A stretch of 63,968 bases of DNA, the filler included, from Choristocarpus tenellus KU-1152 (taxonomy: Eukaryota > Protista > Phaeophyceae): assembly GCA_964200185.2 (NCBI GenBank). It is 10 parts of 10 records of this genome, joined end to end, with 100 filler letters (N's around TTAATTAATTAA, not from the genome) between each part and the next. Parts side by side here need not be neighbours in the genome. Positions count along the whole stretch, not along the records: positions 1 to 7,238 come from CAXNAD020006485.1; positions 7,339 to 10,393 come from CAXNAD020022644.1; positions 10,494 to 23,275 come from CAXNAD020001706.1; 7 more parts are not named here. One strand, given 5' to 3'. Position 1 is the stretch's first letter, and each line of letters starts with the position of its first letter. The position numbers were made by a program, and so were the translations under genes. The notes under the pieces are model-generated. The model saw only the letters and a list, made by a program, of their open reading frames with translations. It was not told the origin of the DNA and did not search any database. This document shows, one piece after another, positions 1 to 13,600 of the stretch.

Positions 1-2472
1 TTTATTGTTTTCCTCTGTCACAAGATGTGTTAAATATATATATATATATATATATTATGCCCTCTGACATTTTGCAGATGTGTCAAATATCAGTGGGCAT
101 AATAGTATATATATCATCTGCGTTGACACAGGTAACTTTTCATCTCTATGGTATCATTAGAGCCTGAGGAAGAGGGATGAATAATTAGGTGCGATTTGGA
201 AACTTCAATTTCATCACCTTCGAGTATCACACAAAAGATTCAGCATTTCGGTCTCTTCCTCTCAAAAAGGCCAGTTGGACCATACCATCAGTATTGTGTC
301 ACTGTACTTTCGTAAGCATACACAACAAAGTGTTGGTTCATCTGTTACGCAAATATATGTATCTCAAAAAAATGTACTTTCTGCTTTTTAAAACTTCAAT
401 CAAAATACCAGTTCGGTCTTTATGACTTGCAAGAACGACATACATGCTATGATCCAGTAGAATGATAAAGAAAATTATTTGCGTCAGTTTTGAACAAAAC
501 CAGCACCCAATTGTACGTCCCCCTTCTTACCTCTGTGTCATTGAAAAATGATTTGTATGTATGTATAGAAAATAATTAAAAAAATGTACCTAATGCTATT
601 TTAGTATTGAGGTATTAAATGATACACATATATTATGGAGTATCCTATTTAGTAGGACCCGATCTGGTCCTTTCAACCTAAATCTTGGGTGAGCCAGCCT
701 GAGTCCCGGTGTAACTAGATTTCCTGTGGTCCTGGTCCAGTCCTTTCGAAAATAGTTCTTACTGAGTCAGGTCACAACTCGTCGCCGTCGCATCAAACCA
801 GTCCATAGTGAATGAAGCCCAACGAACTACCTACTTTGTTGTTGTGTAGTAAATTGTTGATGCACGATTGCATTGGAAGGTGCTGAGATTGTTAGGTTCA
901 AGGAAACAAGGTGGTTTCTTGTTGCCTAAAGTTTTGCTTGGTTTGAACACCCTCCACAAGGCTGTGATATCTATTGGAAGTAATTTGGTCTGTCACGCTA
1001 TTTGGTGTTTAGGAGATCAGTGACCGAGGGAAAACCCCATACACTCGAAAAAGAGCCTCAACAAGGACAACTCGCTTCTCCAAACTGAATGTACTTACAA
1101 AAGAATCAAAATGCACTCCAAAACTGTGGACTGAGTGCTCCAAAAACATGTTGCCACCAGAAAGTGAACATGAGGGATCCTCAAAATATATCGACACCTC
1201 CCTCTCAGTTACTCTTAACTCTTTCTTCAATCGTGAGATACCTAGCTTTTCTTAGATTCTGCAACCTGCAGCTGATGGAAGTTCTTTTGTATGTATAGAC
1301 TCATAAATGACATGCAAGGGGGGAAAAAAGAGATCAGGAATATATGCAAAAAAGAGAGAGGCTTCAACACACCCACACCCACATACATATATTCAGGACA
1401 TTGACAGTTTGTGTGTTCGTTCCAAGTGCAGCCAAACCAAGCAACCTCTTTCTCATCTGTTGGTAGTTTTTCCTAATATTGTACTCAGTCTGTACAACAA
1501 GGAGTTGAAAGGGTGTTGCTCTCTGATCCATCAGACAAGTACAGAGCCGTAACCCACGCTGTTAACACTCTTCACTCCCATGAGAGGCGATGGATGACTG
1601 CAACTTGACCAAAGCACCTTGTACAAACCTCACAATTTAACAAAAAACCCCCAAGAAAGTTGCTTCTCTTGGATGTGTTTCTTTATTTTTGTGACACCAG
1701 AATGACTCTTACATTGTATAATTCCCATAAATGCCTATCCAAGGGTATGAAAATCTAACTCCACTATACCTTTATGTGGTATCATTTATCAAGTACCACT
1801 CGCAAGAACCACTGTACCGCAAGTATCATGATACAGGTACCACTCTCCCTGTTCTGTCAACAGCATACATAATAGATGCCTGTTGATACAATGAAGGGGT
1901 GCACAATTGACTTATTCTTACTTGTCCATACAGGCTCAAGAATGCAATGCTTTCCCAAGACCAGCTCCTCCTTACCTCAACAACAAGTCAGTTGTTCCTC
2001 TAATAGCTGTTAAAGTACAATCACGGTAGTCACATTCACTGTGATCCACAAACAAAAAAAAGGAAAGACCAATACACTCAAGTGTTCACAAAAAAAAAGC
2101 ACCACTCAATCAGCAGCGATTTCTTGCCAATCATAGTAATATCAAAACCATAGTCAACACCTTAAAATGTAACTTAATTCAAGAGGTGCAAATAGGAGTA
2201 AGTTATCACTCTTGACATAGGCACTGCCCTACCACTTTCTAGAGACCATTCTCTCTCTACGCTACTGCTCATAATTTTATTTTCACATATACTGGTACTA
2301 CAGAGCACTTTCCTTGACAAATCACTTCCACACCTATGTGTGACATCACCAGCCACCTCGAAAATTGGCAATGGTGGGCCAAGTCCAAAAGTGAAATACC
2401 TTCAGTTCTAGATATTCGCTACTTGTAACACTTGTGGGCCTTGTTGGGAAGTTTCTGGTTCATCTTTGTCGA

Positions 2473-5400
2473 TCAGACATCTTCAATAGCGTAGAGGACG
2501 TCATAGTGCCCAGGCCTGGAAGAACAGGAGAGGCGAAAAACACAGATTGCATCTCCTGTCAGAGAAACCTTATACTCATCCTCTATGCACAGCAGTAGTT
2601 TACAGGAATTATCCACTAACCAACCACGCCTCCCAATTCACTTTCAAGATCCACAATGTGCTCATTACAGCTGAATATTGAAACAACAACAACAATAATA
2701 ATAATGAGCTGGAACATAAGATGCTCTACCAAAAATCCCTTCAAAGCACTTTGTGTGGGTTTCGCAGGGCTGTATAAATAAAATGGTTATCCTGACAAAA
2801 TAAAAAAGTAAGACATCAAGGTTACCGTTTTCGTTTCCCCATGTAATACCTATGCATTTTTTTTTCCTTGAGGCTTGCAAACTGTGTCATTCCTTTTCCC
2901 GACAAACTCTAACCCTAACCCTAACCAGAAAAAGAACAAACATATGCTCTTGTACTGTCTCAAAAGCCTAACCCTAACCCTAACCCTAAGAAAACGCCAT
3001 CTCATTGGTGAAGCTGTGAACTAAAAGGAAAGAAAAAAGAAGACCTTCAAAGACGAAAACCTCCTTCTCGTGTCTTGAAAAAACAATTAAAAAAAGAAAC
3101 AAAACAAAACGAAGACAAATGAGATAGAGGAACAAGGGAGCAACGCTAAACCCAATATGTGCAGAGGAGGGCATGTGGCAAAGCAAAACAAGACTACATA
3201 GATACATACATAATAACCTTTGTGGAGGCTTGATGATGCTTTTCATGAGTACACAGAGCAACACCAATGCTCTCCCATCTACTTCCTTCCATGTAGGTAT
3301 TATTTCAAGCATGCCCAAGGCTGTAAGTGTTGTTAATTGACTTCTCTCAAAGGTCTCACCGATACAGGAGCACTATCTTTGGAGACCCAGACACATCTAC
3401 ATCCGGCAGCACAATGTTCCCAAGGCTGTCCTGGAAGTCGTGCCCATCCAGATACTCAATGAGCACAGGGGTTCCCAGGTGCTCACAGAGTGCCATAATT
3501 TGTACCTTTTTAACAACAATGCGGCAGTGGAGTTGTTAATTTGTTGGATTTGTTGGTCACAAATGAGGTGTGAATAAAAACATGTAAGAGGGGGGTCAAT
3601 TCTGGTCCTTTCGAAAACTTACTTTTTTAAATATTCAGTCTAGGGGCAACATACACCATGTCTGTGCCCATGCCTGGAATGCAGCTAAATGAAGCAAACT
3701 TCCCTTTACCTTGGGAGGGATTGTGTCTGGAGAAGAGAAGAGGACCTTTGAACACATTGTTGGTCAATGTGCCCTCTCCACAGTGCTCAAGACGCATGAA
3801 TCACAAGGTAGTCAAAGTATAGGGACACTTGATACACCCCGATATCCCTCCACCCCCTTATATGGTGTCACTCTAGAACTATTTTGCTTCTTATCTGCAT
3901 TACTATATTTATTTCAATCATTAAAGGGACAGTTTTTTTTTTTTTTTTTTTTTTTTTTTCCACACATATTTTCCATTCTTGAAGTTCTCAATAGTTACTG
4001 TTACACAGTGTACTGCAAAAGTCGATTTGTTTATTAATCCCAAAAAAGTTATGTTAACCACAACAACGGTGTGGCTACTGAAAACATACAACACAAACAC
4101 ATATCAAGCACACTATGCTGTGAACACCACCTCCACGGAGTCATTCTCTTCACTATACAAAAAAGACATCAACCCTGTCGCTCGTAACACATCACAGGAA
4201 TGTCCAAATGTATTCCTGACCCTAACCCTAATACAAGCGATAAGAAAACACTGACTAGAATTATATAATAATAATAATAATGTGATACAAACAACAGGTG
4301 CAGTGTGATGCTCATGCCTGTTCATCAAGGAAGCTAAAGGATGGGTGTGGAGCAAGCATGTCAAGTGCAGAACAGTAGGGTAGTGTAGATGGGTACCCAA
4401 AACACAGCAGGCAGAAGATCTTAACCAGAAAACAGAGATTATATTTAAAAAAAAAGGATGACTAAGTAGAGAGGGGTCAACAAGCCAGCACGAGGGAGGC
4501 ACTAAGTAAGGCATGTCCTTGATCGAATAACCTAAGTCAACATAACATCACGGCATTTTCCTGATTTAATAAAGAGGACAATGATAGTACAGAATATACT
4601 ATAATATCTACACATGCTTTGTAGACCCATTACTTACTCCCTACCATATTATGATTGCAGTTGAATCTCTCAGAGATAATCAAAAAAATCTGGAGTTATA
4701 ACAAAAAAAAGAAGAGATGAGATCAGACATATAGACTCCATCTTCGATGGAATCTAAAACCTTGATTACAAAAGTGAATGGCAATAATTGCACCTCTTCC
4801 CCCCCCCCACCCCCAAATTAAAGTTGTTCCTTCTGACCATTTTAGTAAGAAAAACATGGTCAGCACCTATCCTCTTCTACAAAAAACACAAAAACGACAA
4901 TGGGGGGGATCTCAAGTGATTTTTTTGTAAAATAATTTATTTTTACATGCAGCTCCGCAGTAGGAAAAAAAAATGGAGACAAAGAGAAGAGTGGATTGAA
5001 CACAGTCTGGGGAAGGCCAGCTGACTCTTTGCTCACAACAGACAGATAGAGCATTGATTGACCCAATCAAACTTCTCTTCTGAAAACTACATAAAAAAAA
5101 ATGCAAGGCAATACCTTCTCACTGACGCTGATCAATCTGGGCATTGTAATATGCCAAGCTTAGTCTTTTTTTATATATTTTTTAAAAAGCAACTTTATAT
5201 TGTGAAAAAATGAGAAACTCTAGACTGCAAAGGACACATTGGCCATCTGCATGGTGATAAAAACTATTCAAAAAAAAAAAAGGTGATTCCAAACATCAGA
5301 CCTCAACATGTACAGGCGATGGTGTCTCCTTTGGTAGAAAATAGGTGTGATACACTCCTGATATGACAATTGAGTGAGCCTTTCCTTCCCGAGCACATTT

Positions 5401-5776
5401 GTGTTACCTCCAAACCACATGGTCTGAGAAGATCAACCTGACATAAAAATAAAACAAAACAATGACATCACCTCCTCACTGTTAAAGTAACCTCAGAAAC
5501 ACTCACAACCAAAGAGTAAACAACTTGAGTTAACCCGTCCTCACTAATAAAAAAATATTCATACCATTAAAAAACACAAACTAGAACAAACGCACTCACA
5601 CACTTAGAGACTCTACAGACACACATACATATACACATGGCATAGATACAGACAGGAACATTGAATTGAAACAATGATCCAACAGTCTCACTTGCTCACA
5701 CTCCTTTCCCATTGGCTCCACCTCCCGCTGGCAAAAGCTATTCATATCCTCCACCATCTCCAAAAAGGGAAGGAAC
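2473..5776 (-). CDS. OTUB1: Otubain-family ubiquitin thioesterase (peptidase C65), last three exons; 5' part not found on this contig
   Basis: Exons 5776-5692, 3505-3360 and 2515-2473 have AG/GT boundaries and compatible phases. Spliced translation: FLPFLEMVEDMNSFCQREVEPMGKECEQ-VQIMALCEHLGTPVLIEYLDG...PKIVLLYR-PGHYDVLYAIEDV*. This matches the otubain motifs FC..EVEPM.KE and LLYRPGHYD.LY. Confidence 0.93.
2908..2989. repeat. Two short interstitial telomeric (CCCTAA)n tracts in an otubain intron
   Basis: ctaaccctaaccctaacc at ~2909-2926 and cctaaccctaaccctaaccctaa at ~2967-2989. Confidence 0.85.
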
Positions 5777-5849
5777 CTGTGTGGTGCACCACCAGGCCAC
5801 AGTCAAAACAACAGACAATAATAAATACCCTCTTCAAAACAAAAACATA

Positions 5850-6275
5850 CCGCTGTGATGCTGTCATCTTATTGGTTGAGAACAGGATCAGGATCACATG
5901 GTGATATTGATATTACTGTTTCACACACTGATTACATTGGCCAGAGGTTGTATGAACTAAGAGGAGGAGAAAGAACAGGAGGTAGATATATGAGAGAAGA
6001 GGATAATCCACCAAAGCAACACACACACATTAAGGAAGTTGAGAAGTTGGGACTCTGACACGGTACAACAACAACAGCAATGGGGTTCCGGCATCACCTG
6101 TACCTGCTCTGCATATCGTATCTGTTCAATGTATCTGTTACAGAAAACACCAGCAACAGAACCAAGGTCCAATCCATAGAACACATTTGGATATTTTTTG
6201 TCCAAGGATCTACAACGGGGTGATGATGCTCGTAAGCTCAGGACTGTACACAAACTCAAGGTCACCCTCTCTCGC
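5850..6275 (+). pseudogene. Possible degenerate intronless X-family DNA polymerase palm-domain relic
   Basis: RTGSGSHGDIDITVSH (~5879-5926) and, in another frame, HRTHLDIFCPRIYNGVMMLVSSGLYTNSRS (6175-6264). These resemble Pol X RRG...GD.D.L.TH and HRRLDI...P...ALLYFTGS..FNRS in order and spacing. Frameshifted and contains stops. Confidence 0.35.
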
Positions 6276-7238
6276 TCTGTGATACTAGAAAGGTCACTCT
6301 TCCTCTGTGATACTAGATGCATCAAGGCATACTCTCGCCCCTGAAAGTTGGGTTGGTACCTCAAAACTCTGGTGCAAACTTCAGTGTCCTACATGAGCAG
6401 AATTGAACTGTGGCTTTGGGACAGGTGACAGTGTCTATTACTATTATGGTCAACACACATTCTTAGGTCAACCGTTCCCCCTCACAATTCCCCCATCGGT
6501 TTCAGCAATGCCTGGCAGGCGTGTACCACATTGGTATTTGTCCTTTTGAGTTTGAAGTGTTGTCCAGCATAGTGTTGCCTTGTAGTTGTCCTTTACACTT
6601 CAGTCACAGGGGAAATTAAAAAAAACTAAGCAAACCATGTCGTCAATACAGTCAAAAAACTTTACCAAAGGGTCTCACCGTCAAACACCTTTCCACAGCT
6701 TGGGCAACATAACACAAAACACTATGCTATACCCACAACACTCAAGTCCCCCCCAAAACAAAACACACATACATAATGTAACATAAGTTATGTCCATTGT
6801 ATTGTCATTTACTGAAATGGTGGTGAAAGGCCGCATAACATCCTAGGGGGGACTATCTTGGGTCTCTCTCTATATATGACTTCCCACTGGTACATGTATG
6901 TGCTCCCTGGGATGATTTTGTGCTTACATGTACAAAGACCAGTTTCCTCTTCTACAGTCGCAACCAGCCACCTAATGGGGGTGAGCTACATTCAGGGCAT
7001 GGAAATGGGGGTGTGAGGCAGAACATTTCATTTGCCCCCTATGCTAGAAAAGGGCCTGTATCGATCCCCCTATAGTGTACTACTGACACTCAAATTTTAA
7101 AAAGCATCAAGTCTCAAAAGTGTAATGTTTTGCAAGGTATGCATGCACCTTTGATATGAAAAACCCTACACCATTGAAAATACGATATCCTTTTTTTTCA
7201 GGGGGGGGGGGGTGCAATAAAAGCCATATATATATTTT

Positions 7239-7338
7239 NNNNNNNNNNNNNNNNNNNNNNNNNNNNNNNNNNNNNNNNNNNNTTAATTAATTAANNNNNN
7301 NNNNNNNNNNNNNNNNNNNNNNNNNNNNNNNNNNNNNN
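7239..7338. other. Artificial contig spacer N44-TTAATTAATTAA-N44 (also at 10394-10493, 23276-23375, 31186-31285, 38095-38194, 41059-41158, 44727-44826, 50046-50145, 61357-61456)
   Basis: Identical 100-bp block nine times. The core 12-mer has stops in all six frames. Confidence 0.98.
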
Positions 7339-10262
7339 CACAGCAATATCTGCCTGTCCCCCAAGTCCCTCCCAAGTCCTCCATCCCCCAAACCCAGCCG
7401 CTGCTCTCTCCCCTCCTGTCCTAACCCGTGGGACCGCTAGCATTCTAGAAGGATTCCCTACATTTTGACCCCACGTATCTTCCCCCTCCCCCTCCCCCTC
7501 TTTCTCCTCCAACGCCACAACTGCCTTTCCACAGTTTCCTCCATCTTCTTTGAGCTTCTTCACTTCCAAGTCACCGACTGACCTAGCAAATGAACTTGAG
7601 GATATCGTTGTTGCATTTCTCCCCACCCATTCAGTCCTCAATTCTTCCAACGACCCTGCTGCCTGTGGTGCCGAGGAGGCCGTCTCCTGCAGGGCAAGGA
7701 GGACTGCCTGGCATGCAAATCTCCGGTAGCACCAGAGGCTCTCATGCCCAGGGTAGTCATTGATGAGGCGGTTGAAGAGACGCAGTTCACGTTGCAGTAG
7801 GGGGAAGGACCCTAACCCTGAAAATGTTTTTTTTTTTTTGACGATTATTGAAGGGGAGAGGAGGATTCGAGTAACTTATCACATGTTATGTACTTTGTAC
7901 GATATAGCATAGGTATGTACTAATCATTGAACGCCATACATCTTTGCAACAAACTCAGAGGTATTTTTTTGAGCCTCTGACTGGGTCATGCAGTTTTGTA
8001 CGACAGTGGTCTGGGTCATAGCTGCAGGCTTGGTTCTGTCTTAATCGCTACCATTTTGTACAACCATTTTGTACAATTAGTTACCGATCTTCGCTTCAAT
8101 TCCTGGAAAATTGGACACAACATCACGCACCATGAGATAACCGATATCGCTGCCAACAAGATAGATCAAGAAGGTACCGTACAACACAATACAGTGAATT
8201 CACTACTGAGCTATTGTTGTGTTCTATCTAGTCTTCTCAACAATTTCAATTCCAAGCGTAGTAGTGAAACACTCCCTCAACCTCTATCCCGAGGGCCCCT
8301 TGGATCAAAAGAAGACCAAAATACAGCAGGAATAAATAAGCTTGGACAAAGAGCTTGAAATACTGCACTAAATAACTTCACCTTGTCATCTTAAACACAA
8401 CACAAACCAAGACATCAACATCCAACACCCGCTCCGACTTTTCTGCCGCACCTCTCAAACTGGCCACCAGAGCCCCCATAACATTTTTGCGGTGATTGAG
8501 GGCAGAGTGATCCGACACATGACTTGTTAGCCATTTCTCAACCAAAGCCAGCTCACCCTCAAGCTGACATCGTAAGAAAACACAGCAAGGCAGTTAGAGA
8601 TGTGGGTGAGGCGGTGACTTGAACAAGGTGAAGCATGGTAGAGGTACAGGCCAGTGGGGGAGGAAGCAATGGGGCAATGACTCAGGACCAAAAAAGAGTA
8701 AAACTGATTACTCAAGGTATATACATCCTGGTTGTACCGCTCATGTGCCCCATTAGAGGGAGTGAGAGTTTAAGGCAGATCATGGGACCAAGGACTATTC
8801 ATGCCATGTTGCCACTGTCGTGACTGCGCTCCTGTTCTTCTAATGTGTGAAACATCACAGCAGAAGCAGCCACATACTACGCTGCTGGAACAGACCTCAC
8901 AAACAAATCCACGCACGCATACACTATTCACCGTTCAACCATTGAGAATTGCTACTGTAGGTACGTGAAATAACAATCGCCAGAACACATAACGCCATCC
9001 CAATTGCTTTGAACATCTCTCACAGACTACCACAACCCGAACCCTAATTAACAGCATCGCATCTGATCTCATCAGCACTAAAATCCTCACTCTTCAACAC
9101 ACACACAATAACATTACAAGGAGTCATTCCTTCCTCTTCTGCACAAACTCTGAGTCCTAACAGCTTGACCTGCTCACCTCTATTGCACATCCCTAAGCAT
9201 AGGGCTGAGCAGTCATAAAACTCAAACGTTTTGCTTCACACACACCCTCTCCGCTCTTGCACCAGCAGGACACAGACGGGAATACCCCATCACCATGCAG
9301 CAAAAGTAGCATATTGCTTAATCCATCGCAACCCTTTCCACCAACCTCTCAACACCTCACGCCTCTCTGCAGGCTTTTACACACTGCCACCTCAAACGAG
9401 TACTGGCATGGGTACCTTCCCTTGACTACACCCTTTTGCTTTGCCCACATTTCCCCCCTTCACAGCAGTCACAAAAAGAGCACACAGGCCCTAAATAACT
9501 CAACACACACTTGCCCTAGAGCCAGCTTCTATGATTCAATTTTATCGTATCACTACGATCCCCAACTGAGCAACACACACATAAACACAGACAAACTTGC
9601 AAACATCGCCAAAAACAACCACTGCAAACTGCAAAATTCCTCACCAAGGCCTTGGCCGAGCTTAGCCGAACATCTCCCCTGTCCTGCTTATCCTGCTTGT
9701 TTGTATCCAACCCTCCCATTCCATCAGTGGTGGCATTAGCACTGCTGCCCACAGAGGTTTGCAAGTGTTCAGGGGTTTCCATGAGGTGGAGCTGGTGGAT
9801 GCGGTTAAGGACAACCCAACTGCGCTGCGTCCAGGCATAATAGTTCTTTGGGTACAGATCAGCAACACGCAGACAAACCTGAGGGTAGGTATGGATAGGA
9901 TTAGAACTGATGCTCGGGAACGCTAAAAGGGGGAACGTGATAGGAGCTGGTACAGAAGAAATCTCTATTGCAGCTGTTTCTGAGTTATTGCAGTTTCACT
10001 CTCTATAGGTTGTAGCCCTGACTGTAAAAAAAAAACCCTAAAATATAGAAAATATTGATGCATGCAACAGGCGGAGAGATATTCACAAAATCCCATGTGT
10101 CCAGTTATTCCCCCACCTCCTCACCTCCAGCTCTTTGGTCAAGCTTAGGATTCCCCCATGCTCAAGTAGTCCTTCCTTTCCCTGCGCCCAGCACCAACAC
10201 CACCTCCTGTGGGCCCATGCGTTTGGGCTCTTCGAGTGCTTCGTGAGGACCAAATTCAGTAA
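7339..10262 (-). CDS. PTAR1: Protein prenyltransferase alpha-subunit repeat protein (PTAR1-like), internal exons, partial at both ends
   Basis: Exons 10262-10125, 9878-9645, 8563-8452 and 7817-<7339 splice in frame: LLNLVLTKHSKSPNAWAHRRW...ELE-VCLRVADLYPKNYYAWTQRSW...-ELALVEKWLTSHVSDHSALNHRK...-LINDYPGHESLWCYRRF. These are PPTA repeats with the PTAR1-type HVSDHS and PGHE.LW motifs. Confidence 0.88.
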
Positions 10263-10669
10263 CTGAACGGAGGAGCACGATGGGGATCAATGGCAACAGG
10301 TTATTGGACGTGGAGGATTCATTCACATGGGAGGGGGGGGAAAGAGGGGGGTGAATGGCAGGGGCCGCGGCTGAGTCCAACCTTACTAGATCGNNNNNNN
10401 NNNNNNNNNNNNNNNNNNNNNNNNNNNNNNNNNNNNNTTAATTAATTAANNNNNNNNNNNNNNNNNNNNNNNNNNNNNNNNNNNNNNNNNNNNAGTTGGA
10501 AGTGGGGTTCCCTCCCCCCCTGGGCATTTAAATTCTTCCTTTTCAGCTCCGAGTCCTCCACCCCCCCCCCCCCCCCATATTATTGTCTTCTTTCCCTCAC
10601 CCTTAACACATTGGTTTGGATCATATGTATGTTTAATATCATACTTGTTTGGTGGTAAACCTTTAACAG

Positions 10670-13600
10670 AAGGCATTAGGGATGTTGTAGTAGTGGAGGG
10701 AGTATCTCTGCCGGAGTCTGTGTCAGCTGAAGAAGATTCCTACTTTCTTCCCGCAGGATGCTACCAGATTAAGGTAGGGAAAATATCCATAACCTAATGC
10801 TTTGGTAAAATATCCATGCAAAGGTTGCATGGACCAAGAGTGAGCCAAAGCATCCTAGAAGGGTCTGGATATTGGCTATTTTGATCGTAATGGGGCTTGA
10901 GGAAACCCAATTTATACGGGTTGAATGCAGGTAACCCCCGTCAGGACATCAGGAGTCTGTTGATGTAGAAGGAAATAGCATTTTTCCCAAATACACTATT
11001 CACACATGACGCTGAAATTGAGAAGGCTATCACAGAGGTCGGATTATCACGAAACGGCACCCCCTTCTCAGATACTTTGGCTTGGACGTCAAAAGTATAT
11101 TGAGCTTGTTCTGAGATGTCCACGAGATTAGGTACTTCTTTGTTGTTGTGTACATTGGAGCTAGTCCCAACGGAGGAAAGAGCGTGTGAAGCCTGCATGG
11201 TGCACCTATTCAGTGAAGTTTCTCTTTTCTTATGCTTTGGCCATGTGTTGTGCCTGGTCAAGGCAGATCCTACATCCTACCGTCTCCGTAGTGTTGAAGC
11301 ACTCCCGACATTAAAGAAGTACCTTCTGTTCAGAGGGTGCACTCTTGCTGCCCATTCAACTATTGACACTTGATCCCCTCCATGGAGGATTCAAATTGGA
11401 TATATTTCAAGTCAAGAAATCGCAAGGGCACAGTGAACGGAAAGTTCTGTACTAACCCTAACTCTCAAGATAGAATTGTAAGCCCTCTACAGTGACGATT
11501 TTTTTTATGATCGTAGCATAGATGAGGTCACCTGTACATGCCCTAGAAATGTCTGTAAGTAGTAGTAGTTGTAGCAGCAGCAAATAATGAGATATGACAT
11601 CTTGATAGATTTCTAGACCAGGCTTGGGATATAGTAGTAGCCCCATTTTGATTGTGGGTTGAAGAGCAGACTTGGTAAAATATACTTTTTAACTCCTAGC
11701 CCCGACTAGGTGACTGTTGGGTATTATTTGCGCTTTTTGTGTTTGAGTGAAGGTAGGAGTTGGTGCTAAATTCGATGATGATCTTTTCCCCTCCAGTTTT
11801 GACTGGTGAGCAGCACCCCTGCCCCCTATTCCTGTGTATCATATGAGAATCCTCCACATCTTGTCAACACCACAACCTTCATATCACACACGCACCTGAT
11901 GCCCTTGTCTACTGTGGTCAGGAACTCCCAAACTTGGTAGTGACTAAATCTGATGACAAAATAGATACTGCTCATAGGAACCTTTTATGGGTTCTTGTAG
12001 CAAAGGTATATAAGATCGAGCGTAGGGATATTTCTCATTAAATACTAACCTACCAAATACCGTCTGAAGTTGCAATCCACTCACAAAAAACACACAAGAT
12101 GTGGGTTTGGTGTCCACCATGATCATTTTATGTCTACCCTGAGCCTGGTGGACATCCATCAGGACGTTAGTGTATATTATTGGTCGATATTGGTTTGTGG
12201 GACTGTAAGACTGTGAGAGAGACTGATGAATGGGGAATTGATTCCTCTTGTGCATACCGAAATTATCCAAAGGAATTGAGAGGTAGGCGGGCTTAGGCCC
12301 TTTTGCATTTTAGGTCATATTTGTGACCCTGTGCAATACGTCCTATCTCATTGCTCTATGTACAAAAAAGTGTACGCAAAGAGTCAAAGTATCTTAGAGG
12401 GTAGAGCCTTTTCGTTTGGGGGTCAAAATCCAATTACGCAATTTTGATGTAGTTTTGGTTATCGTGTTTGTTAGGAGGTGCCAATATCCTTGTTTTGGAT
12501 ACATGATACCTACTCCAAAACGTTTCGGAGTAGGAAAATATCATCAACAACCTGTGGGAATTCAAGCTTCAAATGGATAAACAGGGAAAAACTAGTACCC
12601 TCTAAGAAACTTTCACTCAAAACTGATATTCCCTCTTTCCACAAACAATAGTGACACCACAATTTAACGAAGGGTTTTTCTGCAACAGTACAAGATGGCG
12701 TTTATTTCCTTTTCTCAAGATCCTTAGAATTCAATCTCATGAACCTATCAATTGCTCTGAATCAATAGCGTTGCCACAAGAGTATACTTCCTTGATGGAT
12801 GTATGAATGAAGAGGGGATGTTAACCACTATTAGTGGTTCAACCTAGTGAGCCACACCCTCATACCTACATCTTTCACTGAACATGACTCATGAGCGTGA
12901 GGCTCGCACGCACAGGAAAGTATCGCATTTCCAATCTAGATAGAAGATGACTGACAGCTGTGATTAATACAAAGTGTGTGTAATGGCCTGACTACTCTAT
13001 AGTGGTGATGTCATCTGGTGATTGCTATGACTTTATGGGGTATACCAATCAGTCCCCGCATGTCCACCGAGTCCCATCAAGTAGTGCTTTTAAATTTTCT
13101 TTTTTCAGCTGCCGTTGGCTAAAGAATAAGAAGAATAGTGAATTTTATTATTAGGACATGATGCACTGATTCAACACCCTCCTCTAATGACACACCACAG
13201 GTCACTGCTGGGTCTAACCCCAATGCACTCATCTGGTCTGCCCGTGACAGGACAACAACCACCACTGCTACTGTGGAAAGGGCATCATCATCCCTGCCAT
13301 TATCTGCAGCTCCATCCACTTCTCATTCCCTGACCCCCTCTCAAGCTTCTACTAAATTTATCTCTGGGGCAGGAGCAGACGGTGGTCTCCTAGGTATAGG
13401 TGGGGGTGTCTGTGGTATCGGGAGTTGTGCGGAGGCATGCCTGTTGAATATACTAGCATGGTCAGTTACGGGTTCTGGGAGGGTGGGGCAGGAATATGAA
13501 GGCAATGTGAGCATTGGCGAGTGTGGGGGTTTCCGTGAGCTGCTCGGCAGTGGAGGAGTCGCATGGTGTGCAGAGTGTGGTGATACAACGCCAGCAAAGG

